60,983 bases of DNA from Sphingomicrobium sp. GTDB taxonomy: Bacteria > Pseudomonadota > Alphaproteobacteria > Sphingomonadales > Sphingomonadaceae. Position numbers and translations under genes: made by a program. Below, piece by piece: positions 53,468 through 60,983 of this stretch (its first letter is position 1; the number at the start of each line of letters is the position of its first letter). The notes under the pieces are model-generated. The model had not been told where the DNA came from. It did no database searches and saw only the letters and a list, made by a program, of their open reading frames with translations. The stretch is from the NCBI GenBank assembly GCA_035470745.1, contig DATIQO010000090.1, forward strand, positions 1 to 60,983, read 5' to 3'.

Positions 53468-54220
53468 CTAAGTGGTTGAGCTGTCTTCGGTCTCGATGCC
53501 GTCCTCGCCGTAGCGGGACTTGATGAAGCGGCCCTGGGTTTCGAACGCCGCCACGTCCTGTCGGGCAAGTTGCTGGGAGATATCGGCAAGCGCGGTGCGG
53601 GCGGCAATGAGGCTCTCGACGAGCCGCTCGTCGACGGTCTTGCCTTCGCCATCCTGTTCGCCGCGAAAGGCGGGCGGGACGTTGGCGTAGCGTTCGATGA
53701 GGCCGGGCAGATGTATGGACATCAGCCGGCGCGCGTCCTGGGCGCGCGGGTCGAGCGTGTCGACGCGCTCGAGGGTCTGCTTGAGGGGTGGCATGAGCGC
53801 GCTGATCGCGTCGAGCTGTGTCTGCGCTGGCGGAGGTAAGTCCCGGCGGACCTTGTAGAGGTAGGAGTCGAAGCGCTCGACCATCGCGCCGTTCGGAAGA
53901 TCGGTCGAAGGGGCAGGGGCGGAAACCGCCTGCTTGCCGCCGCGCGCAATGAGAACGCCGGCAACGACCAGCGTCGCGATCAGTGCGGCAAGAAAGCCGA
54001 AGATCCCGATCGGCTTCACAAATCCGATGACGAGGGTCGCAAGCCAGACGAGGACGATCCCGCCGGCAACCTTCGCCGCTGTCCGGCCGAGACCTGCATT
54101 GAGCCGTTCGCGCTCCCGCCGAGCGGCCTCGCGGGCAGGTCCGTCGCGGTGATCAAGCTGGTCCGCGACCCGCTCGAAGCGGGCAATCGCCCGTTCAACC
54201 TTGTCGGTGACGTCGCTCAC
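53468..54220 (-). CDS. TelA-partner membrane protein (XpaC-like)
   Basis: Two TMs plus helical domain, HLPGLIERY; GTG start overlaps the telA stop. Confidence 0.65.
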   Translation of the reverse strand: MSDVTDKVERAIARFERVADQLDHRDGPAREAARRERERLNAGLGRTAAKVAGGIVLVWLATLVIGFVKPIGIFGFLAALIATLVVAGVLIARGGKQAVSAPAPSTDLPNGAMVERFDSYLYKVRRDLPPPAQTQLDAISALMPPLKQTLERVDTLDPRAQDARRLMSIHLPGLIERYANVPPAFRGEQDGEGKTVDERLVESLIAARTALADISQQLARQDVAAFETQGRFIKSRYGEDGIETEDSSTT

Positions 54221-55440
54221 TTGGCCTCGATCGGAGTAAACGGCGATGCTGACGGAGCTCCGAGCTTCGCCTGGTTCACGCCTTCGGCCCTCGCGATATA
54301 GCCTCTCGACTTCTCCACTTCCTTGCCGAGCGTGTCGACCGTCTGCTTCATGTTGCCGAGCGCCTGGAGCTTGAACTGGTCGATCTGGTCCATGGTGTCG
54401 TAGATGTTCTGGAATGCGCGCTGCAGCGTCTCGAGCGGGATCGTGGAGCTTGCAGCCTGCTCGTGAATCGCGCTCGACTGCGTGCGCAGCATTTCACCCG
54501 TCGAATCGATCATTCCGGCGGTGGTGGTGTTCAAGGCGCCGATCTGCTCGAGGACTAGCTTCTGGTTGGTCATCGCCTGGGCGACCGTCACCGCGGTGCG
54601 CAGGGCCGAAACGGTCGTGGTCGATGCGCGATCGACGCCCTTCACGAGCTCGACATTGTTCTTCTTGACGAGATCGAGCGCGAGATAGCCCTGAACGGTC
54701 ACCGCCATTTGCGTCAGGAGGTCGGTCGTTCGCTGGCGCGTGTAGAAGAGCGCCGTTTCCCTGATCGCCTTGGCCTTGGCGGGATCGGTCGCGTCCAGCT
54801 CGTTCGCCTTGTCCTCGAGCCGCTGATCGAGGCTCTTGGAGATGTGGATCATCTGCTCGAGCTTGTGCATCGTCTTCCAGAGGTTCGCGCGCTCGGTATC
54901 GATTGCCGCATTGTCCATCAGCAGCTCGTCCTTGCCCGACGCAAGGCGCGCGAGGATCGCCGAGATATGGGTCTGCGAACTCTGGTACTGGCGGAAATAG
55001 TTCTTCATTCGATTGCCGAACGGAATGAGTCCGAACAGCTTGCGTCCGGGCGAGAGGCTGCCCTGCCGCTTGGGGTCGAGGTCCTCGACGGTCTTGCGAA
55101 GCTCGGTGAGGTCGGCGCCGATCCCGGTATCGCTGTCGATTGCCTTGACCGGCCGGTCGAGGAACCGGTTCGAAGCGCCAGCGGCTTCGGCGATCTCCTT
55201 GCGGCCCATAGCGGTCAGCTGGTCGACCTTCTTGCCGAACTCAGGACTGTTCGAATCGAGGCTTGCAAGCTCATCGACAAACTGGCCGACGCGCTTGTCG
55301 AGCTCGGTGGTTTCCTCCGCCTTGAGCGGCACGAGCCCGGCGGCCTCGGACGGCTCAACGGGCTGCAATGCCTCGGGCGGGTTGAGGTTGAGCTTCGTCT
55401 TGGTTGCGGTTTCGGTCGCTGGCGCCGCTTCGGTGGCCAT
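54217..55440 (-). CDS. telA: toxic anion resistance protein TelA/KlaA
   Basis: Coiled-coil protein; KLFGLIPFG, YF..YQS, KDELL.DN, NN.EL..GVDRA. Confidence 0.85.
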   Translation of the reverse strand: MATEAAPATETATKTKLNLNPPEALQPVEPSEAAGLVPLKAEETTELDKRVGQFVDELASLDSNSPEFGKKVDQLTAMGRKEIAEAAGASNRFLDRPVKAIDSDTGIGADLTELRKTVEDLDPKRQGSLSPGRKLFGLIPFGNRMKNYFRQYQSSQTHISAILARLASGKDELLMDNAAIDTERANLWKTMHKLEQMIHISKSLDQRLEDKANELDATDPAKAKAIRETALFYTRQRTTDLLTQMAVTVQGYLALDLVKKNNVELVKGVDRASTTTVSALRTAVTVAQAMTNQKLVLEQIGALNTTTAGMIDSTGEMLRTQSSAIHEQAASSTIPLETLQRAFQNIYDTMDQIDQFKLQALGNMKQTVDTLGKEVEKSRGYIARAEGVNQAKLGAPSASPFTPIEAK

Positions 55441-55511
55441 GGCTGCATATCCTTTCGTCGCCCTTGTGCTGCGCGCCGCAAGGCCGGTCAACGCCGCTGG
55501 GTTTCTGGTGT

Positions 55512-55539
55512 ATTATAAAACTAAGACACGCCAAAACAA
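55512..55539 (-). promoter_or_regulatory. putative sigma70 promoter of telA
   Basis: TTGTTT-N16-TATAAT. Confidence 0.5.
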
Positions 55540-55655
55540 GGCAAAGTCGGCGGATCTTGATGAATGTGTGTTAACCACGGCCTTGAACGGTTCGCTTACC
55601 CTGTCGGGTCTAGAGGCTCCCCAAAGCGCATCTCAGCGGATCGGGCACGCGAAAT

Positions 55656-56990
55656 ATGTTCAAGTTCCTCAAAAAACTCTGGAGAGACCGGCGTGGAAAC
55701 GCCCTTGTGATTGCCGGCGCCGCTCTACCGTTGATCGTGGGCTCGGCGGGCCTCGCGAGCGATACGATCCAATGGACCTTGTGGAAACGGCAGCTCCAGC
55801 GGACCGCCGATTCCGCCGCAACGGCGGGCGTTTATGCCGAAGTCCTCGGCAATTCGGTCGGAACCTGCAGTTCGAGCAACATCCCGACTGCGACCTATAC
55901 CGACCCGGTTGCCTATGACATTCGCAAGAACAACCACACGGGCATGACCCCGAACTGTACCGTGACCAACCCGCCGACGACCGGCTCCTTTTCGTCTGAC
56001 AGCATGGCGGTGAAGGTCGATCTTTCGGTCCAGCGCCAGCTGAGCTTCTCGAGCATGTTCATCAGCACCGCGCCGACGATCAACGCCAGCGCGACCGCGA
56101 CGATTGTGCCGGGTGGCAACTATTGCGCGATCAGCTTGATCAAGACGGCCGCCACCGGGATCAGCGCGGGCGGCAATGCCACCGTCAACCTCGGCTGCGG
56201 CATGATCACCGATTCCATTTCGATGGACGCGGCGGTCGCGTTTGGATCATCGACGGTCACGGCGAGCCCGATTGCGGCAGTCGGCGGTATCGATGCGAGC
56301 GACAATTGGGGAACGGGTACCGTGCTCCAGCCCTTCACGCTTCCGCAGGCCGACCCGTTTGCAAATATCAACCCGCCAACGCCCACCGGCTGCCAGAAGT
56401 TCTCGGCCTGGGACACGGGCAACAACAACAAGCCCAACGGGACCGTCGATCTTACCGCTCCAGGTTCGCCGATCACGGCGGGAGGCACCTATTGCCTCAA
56501 GGAGAGCAGCGGTACGCTCAGCATCCAGGGCAATGTCATCCTGCCGAGCGGTACCTACGTTCTTGACCAGACCAGCCTCAGCATGACCAACAACAATGCG
56601 AGCCTGACCTGTCTTCAATGCACGTTCATCCTGACCAGCAGCACCGGCTCGAACATCGGGAACGTCAATATCAATGGCGGCAAGCTCAACCTCGTCGCGC
56701 CTGACACAGGCACGTACCAGGGGATCATGATCTACCAGGATCGGCGTGCCACCAGCTGCACGAGCAATTGTAACCTCATCAACGGCAACGCGAACTCGGT
56801 GCTGCAGGGTGCGCTATACTTCCCCAATCAGCAGCTGACATTCCTCGGCACGGCCGGAATGAACACCAACTGCCTGCAGATGGTCGCGCTGACGCTCACC
56901 TTCTCGGGTAATTCGGCAATCAACAACAGCTGCCCTGCGGGCTCCGCATCGCATTCGTTCACGGGCCGGAAAGTGAGGTTGGTCGCATGA
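55656..56990 (+). CDS. TadG-like Flp pilus tip/minor pilin protein
   Basis: DRRG prepilin-like site, TM, LQRTADSAA; Cys/Asn/Thr-rich C-terminus ending VRLVA. Confidence 0.85.
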   Translation: MFKFLKKLWRDRRGNALVIAGAALPLIVGSAGLASDTIQWTLWKRQLQRTADSAATAGVYAEVLGNSVGTCSSSNIPTATYTDPVAYDIRKNNHTGMTPNCTVTNPPTTGSFSSDSMAVKVDLSVQRQLSFSSMFISTAPTINASATATIVPGGNYCAISLIKTAATGISAGGNATVNLGCGMITDSISMDAAVAFGSSTVTASPIAAVGGIDASDNWGTGTVLQPFTLPQADPFANINPPTPTGCQKFSAWDTGNNNKPNGTVDLTAPGSPITAGGTYCLKESSGTLSIQGNVILPSGTYVLDQTSLSMTNNNASLTCLQCTFILTSSTGSNIGNVNINGGKLNLVAPDTGTYQGIMIYQDRRATSCTSNCNLINGNANSVLQGALYFPNQQLTFLGTAGMNTNCLQMVALTLTFSGNSAINNSCPAGSASHSFTGRKVRLVA

Positions 56991-57463
56991 TCCGCCTTCG
57001 CAGCCTTTCTCGCGACGAGCGGGGCGCCTCGGTCATCGAGCTTGCCCTCGTGCTGCCGATCTTCGGCAGCTTGGTGGTCGGCGTCACCGATCTCAGCCGC
57101 GCTTATTCGCAAAAGCTCATCCTCGAGCAGTCCGCCTACAGGGCGATCGAGAAGGTGCAGCAGTACCAGAGCAACGCCAGCACTTATAATACGCTCAAGA
57201 CCGAGGCCGTAACCGCTGCAACCGCAGCCGGCTTCAGCGACGTCACGAGCAGCTCCGTGACGGTCGACTATTGGCTTGAGTGCAATGGTGTCAGGCAGGC
57301 CGACTATAACACGACCTGCGCGACCGAGGCGGGGACCGCGCGATGGGTCACGATCGACATCACCCACAATTTCACGCCGATGTTCGCAACGAGCAGGTGG
57401 CCAGGTTCCAACGCGGACGGCACCTACACGCTGCATGGGCGGGCGGGGCTTCGCACACAATGA
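56987..57463 (+). CDS. TadE-like pseudopilin
   Basis: DERG/ASVIELALVLP. Confidence 0.88.
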   Translation: MIRLRSLSRDERGASVIELALVLPIFGSLVVGVTDLSRAYSQKLILEQSAYRAIEKVQQYQSNASTYNTLKTEAVTAATAAGFSDVTSSSVTVDYWLECNGVRQADYNTTCATEAGTARWVTIDITHNFTPMFATSRWPGSNADGTYTLHGRAGLRTQ

Positions 57464-57885
57464 GGCGCCTCAGCTTCCTCGCGCGCGATGAGCGCGGTGC
57501 AGCGGTGGTCGAGCTCGCGCTGTCGCTGCCGATCCTCATCCTGATGATCTACGGCATCTTCGAATTCTGCCAGCTGTACGAGGCCAACGCGGGCATGCAG
57601 CATGCCCTTGGCGAGGGGGCCCGCTACGCCACGCTCTACGATACGACGACGACCAACCACATCCCGACCGATGCGAACATCAAGGCCAAGATGCAGGCCA
57701 AGCTTTTCGGGCCCTACGGCGGCTCCTTCAACATCCAGGACCCGGTGACGCCATCGGCGACGACGTGCGTCAGCTGCCGCCAACTGACGATCACCTACAC
57801 CCGGACGATGAACTTCCTGTTCTTCACGGGGCCAACGATCACGTTGACGCGCAGCAAGCTCGCCTACACTTCAGTCAACGGCTAG
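57460..57885 (+). CDS. TadE-like pseudopilin
   Basis: DERG/AAVVELALSLP, EGARYA. Confidence 0.88.
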   Translation: MRRLSFLARDERGAAVVELALSLPILILMIYGIFEFCQLYEANAGMQHALGEGARYATLYDTTTTNHIPTDANIKAKMQAKLFGPYGGSFNIQDPVTPSATTCVSCRQLTITYTRTMNFLFFTGPTITLTRSKLAYTSVNG

Positions 57886-58652
57886 CTCTCTTCGAAAGAG
57901 GGTTTGCGCTTCTCGAAGAAAGCGCTGATCGCCTCCCTCACTTCGGCTGACTTCAGGCGCTCGGCGAAGGCATTTCCCTCGAGCCGCATCCGCTCGAGGA
58001 TCTCGTCTCGCCCGCCAAGCCTTAGCAGCCGCTGCGTCTCGCGCAGCGCCTGGGGCGGTTTGGCGAGGAGCTGGCCGACGATCCTGTTCAGCGTCGCTTC
58101 GAGCTCTCCTGCCGCGGCCCGGTGGCTAACGAGACCGATCGAGCGCGCCTCCTCAAGCCCAAATGGCTCCGCGAGCAGGAGATAGCGCGCGGCAAGGCGC
58201 CTCCCGGCAATCCGCGGCAGGAGGAGCGAACTGGCCGCTTCGGGCACAAGTCCAAGGTCGACGAAGGGCAGCGAGAAGCGCACGCCCTCCTCCGCGACGA
58301 CGAGATCGCAATGAAGGAGCATGGTCGTGCCGATCCCGACGCAATTGCCGTGGACCGCGGCGACAATCGGTGTTTCACATGTCGCGAGCGCGCGAAGGAA
58401 GCGCCAGACGGGAATTTCCTCGCTTCCGCGCTCCGGCGCGTCGAGGAAGTCGGCAAGGTCGTTGCCGGCGGCGAAATCCGGACCTTCGCCGCGCAGCGCC
58501 AGCAACCGCAGGGAGGGATCGCTGCTCGCCTGCTCAACCGCATCGGCGAGCGCTGCGTACATTGCGATCGTGATCGCATTGCGCCGCTCCGGCCGGGCGA
58601 GCGTAACGTTAAGGACGGGGCCATGTCTTTCCAGTCGGACATGCTCACTCAT
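57882..58652 (-). CDS. enoyl-CoA hydratase/isomerase
   Basis: [33 protein letters not shown]. Confidence 0.9.
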   Translation of the reverse strand: MSEHVRLERHGPVLNVTLARPERRNAITIAMYAALADAVEQASSDPSLRLLALRGEGPDFAAGNDLADFLDAPERGSEEIPVWRFLRALATCETPIVAAVHGNCVGIGTTMLLHCDLVVAEEGVRFSLPFVDLGLVPEAASSLLLPRIAGRRLAARYLLLAEPFGLEEARSIGLVSHRAAAGELEATLNRIVGQLLAKPPQALRETQRLLRLGGRDEILERMRLEGNAFAERLKSAEVREAISAFFEKRKPSFEES

Positions 58653-58739
58653 TGGCTGCTCCTGAATCTGGTGACGCGCCCGGCGCCACCGGCTATGGCG
58701 CCCCTTCTTCCATCAAAAGCCGGACGCCAAGCAAAAGTC

Positions 58740-59393
58740 ATGAAGTTCTTTGCCGACACTGCCGAAATTGCCGAGATCCGCGAGCTTGCCGACACCGGCC
58801 TGCTCGACGGCGTCACCACCAACCCGTCCCTCATCCACAAGTCGGGCAGAGACTTCCTCGAGGTCGTGCGCGAAATCGCCTCGGTGGTGCGGGGGCCCGT
58901 CTCGGCCGAGGTCGTCGCGCTCGATTATGAGGGCATGATGCGCGAGGCCGAGGTGCTTCGCAGGATCGCCGACAATATCGCGATCAAGGTCCCTCTGACG
59001 CCCGCCGGGCTGAAGGCATGCAAGTCGCTGACCAGCGACGGCTCGATGGTCAACGTGACCTTGTGCTTCTCGTCCGCCCAGGCCTTGCTTGCCGCCAAGG
59101 CCGGCGCGACCTTCATTTCGCCGTTCGTCGGGCGGCATGACGATGTCGGCTTCGATGGCATGGAGCTGATTGCCGATATCCGCCTCATCTATGACAATTA
59201 CGACTTTGCAACGCAGATCCTGGTCGCCTCGGTTCGCCATCCGATGCACGTCGTTCAAGCAGCAAAGATCGGCGCGGACGTGATGACCGCGCCGCCCAAG
59301 ATCATCTGGCAGCTCTTCAAGCACCCGCTCACCGATGCCGGGATTGCGAGCTTCCTCAAGGACTGGGAAGCAACCGGCCAGAAGATCGTCTGA
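58740..59393 (+). CDS. fsa: fructose-6-phosphate aldolase / transaldolase
   Basis: [31 protein letters not shown]. Confidence 0.9.
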   Translation: MKFFADTAEIAEIRELADTGLLDGVTTNPSLIHKSGRDFLEVVREIASVVRGPVSAEVVALDYEGMMREAEVLRRIADNIAIKVPLTPAGLKACKSLTSDGSMVNVTLCFSSAQALLAAKAGATFISPFVGRHDDVGFDGMELIADIRLIYDNYDFATQILVASVRHPMHVVQAAKIGADVMTAPPKIIWQLFKHPLTDAGIASFLKDWEATGQKIV

Positions 59394-59474
59394 GGTGCCG
59401 CTCCTCAGGCCGGTAAGTCTTCCTTAGCGCTAGGAGCCTAAACGCTTCCGCCAGGATCAACGCATCGGCGGAAG

Positions 59475-60719
59475 ATGATGCCTGCAGGGCCAATAGGGAG
59501 TGAAAACACCGGCTGGCCGGCTTCGAGCCGGTCCGGCCAGGCGGATCCTTATGCTTCCTGGAGGTTCGTCGGCAACGCCTTTGCGGCCGTGATCCTTGCC
59601 GCTTCGCTGTTCGAACTTTGGCGCAACTTCGTGCAGCCGGGCGATCGCGACTTCCTCGCTGTCTGGGGAGCTGCGCGGCTAACGCTCGCCGGCCATTCAT
59701 GGGCTGCCTACGACAATAATGTGCTGCGTGCCGTGGAGGCGACCGCGGCGACGTTCAGCAGTGTCGGCGCGCAGCTCCCTTTTCCCTATCCCCCCGCCTA
59801 CCTGCTGCTCGTCCTTCCCTTTGGCCTGGTGTCATTCCCGGTCGCCATGGCCGCCTGGTCCTTGTGCACGTTCGCCTTCTACATGTTCGCTGCAAGGCGG
59901 CTCATGCCCCGGTCCGGCTGGCTCGCCGCGGCATTTCCCGCCGTCTACGCGAACGCGGCGATCGGCCAGAATGGGTTCCTGACCGCCGGCATCTTCATGA
60001 CCGGCATGTCGCTACTCAGCAGATCTCCCGCGGCAGCCGGGCTTGTCCTTGGTTGCCTGGTGATCAAGCCGCAGCTTGCGCTTCTCTTGCCGATTGCGCT
60101 CGTCGCGGGGCGGCAATGGCGCGCCATCCTTGGCGCGGCTGCATCCTCGATCGGGATCATGCTTCTCGGCCTGGTCCTCTTCGGGCCCGCAACCACGACC
60201 GCATGGCTCGGTGAAGCGCCGCTCATCATCAAGGTCACCGGGGACGGCCTCATGGGCTGGTCGAAGCTTGCCAGCATCTATGCGGCCGCCCGGGAAATCG
60301 GCATCGAGGAGGGGCCCTCGATCGTCATTCACGCTCTGGTGGCACTCGCTGGCGCTGTACTCGTCTGGCGCTCATGGCGCGGGGAGAGCGAGCTCGGCGC
60401 GAAGATCGCGATCCTCGCCGCCTCATCGATGCTGATCAGCCCCTATCTCTTCTACTATGACGGGCTCTTCCTCGTTCCCGCCTTTTTCTACCTCGCGGAC
60501 AAGAAGGAGGGGGCGGCTATCCTCCTTGCGCTCTGGTCTCTTCCGCTGCTCGTCATCGGGCAAATCGGCGGCGGCGAGCTGGTGAACCTCAACCCTATCG
60601 GTCCGGTCATCCTCGTCGCCCTCATTCTTCGTCGTTCGAATGCAGCTAAGTCCCGCAGTGACTGCTTAAATTTAACGTTTGAGCAACCCTTCGACGTAAG
60701 ACTTTCTCAACGGGTCTAG
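59475..60719 (+). CDS. GT87/DUF2029 GT-C membrane glycosyltransferase
   Basis: DFLAVW, FPYPP, GQNG, IKPQ, PYLFYYD; multi-TM. Confidence 0.82.
   Translation: MMPAGPIGSENTGWPASSRSGQADPYASWRFVGNAFAAVILAASLFELWRNFVQPGDRDFLAVWGAARLTLAGHSWAAYDNNVLRAVEATAATFSSVGAQLPFPYPPAYLLLVLPFGLVSFPVAMAAWSLCTFAFYMFAARRLMPRSGWLAAAFPAVYANAAIGQNGFLTAGIFMTGMSLLSRSPAAAGLVLGCLVIKPQLALLLPIALVAGRQWRAILGAAASSIGIMLLGLVLFGPATTTAWLGEAPLIIKVTGDGLMGWSKLASIYAAAREIGIEEGPSIVIHALVALAGAVLVWRSWRGESELGAKIAILAASSMLISPYLFYYDGLFLVPAFFYLADKKEGAAILLALWSLPLLVIGQIGGGELVNLNPIGPVILVALILRRSNAAKSRSDCLNLTFEQPFDVRLSQRV
60672..60711 (+). promoter_or_regulatory. degenerate CtrA-like boxes upstream of the pilin
   Basis: TTAA-N7-GCAAC (60672-60687) and GTAA-N7-TCAAC (60696-60711); CtrA control of pilA is established in Caulobacter. 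Confidence 0.35.
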
Positions 60720-60800
60720 CGGTACGGTTGGGGCAACCTGCGAAGTGGACGTCGCAGGCTGAGGCGCAAGCCTCTGCACTTGGAACCAGGAGCGAAGACC

Positions 60801-60962
60801 ATGAGCAAGTTTCTGAAGCTGATCAAAGACAAGAAGGGCGCCACCGCCATCGAATACGGCCTGATCGCAGCGCTTATCGCTGTTGCGGCCATCGGCGCGA
60901 TGCAGGGCATCGGCAACAAGCTGAGCTCGACCTTCAATAACGTGTCGAACCACCTGAACTAA
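60801..60962 (+). CDS. pilA: Flp family type IVb pilin
   Basis: AGGAG RBS; KG/ATAIEYGLIAALIAVA. Confidence 0.95.
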   Translation: MSKFLKLIKDKKGATAIEYGLIAALIAVAAIGAMQGIGNKLSSTFNNVSNHLN

Positions 60963-60983
60963 GACATCGATCTAGTTCAAAGC

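Overview
GC-rich alphaproteobacterial chromosome segment; gene order and protein style point to Sphingomonadaceae (inference). It is mostly core genome: the F1 operon atpHAGD-(YHS)-C, ada, priA, purC, parC, cca, folB, tonB-exbB-exbD-exbD, glmU-glmS, alr, nth, dapB, cobB, era-rnc-lepB, pgi-gor, telA, Tad minor pilins, transaldolase and a Flp pilin. I saw no rRNA, tRNA, CRISPR array, transposase or integrase. Best leads: (1) a GcvA/LsrB-like LysR facing a divergent unit with a C-rich-loop 5' hairpin, two small ORFs (one 59 aa, absent from the ORF track) and downstream hairpins, reminiscent of the LsrB/VtlR-AbcR-small protein circuit; (2) a 61-aa Cys-rich YHS-like gene inside the ATP synthase operon next to a short epsilon; (3) a four-gene envelope cluster at 49.5-53.4 kb with an output-less PDZ-TM-GAF-like sensor; (4) an HtrA-like pseudoprotease coupled to an atypical CLC just after glmS; (5) a GT-C glycosyltransferase directly upstream of the pilin. 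Family calls come from motif recognition by eye, with no database searches. Many start codons were re-chosen from the ORF track using RBS or homology context.
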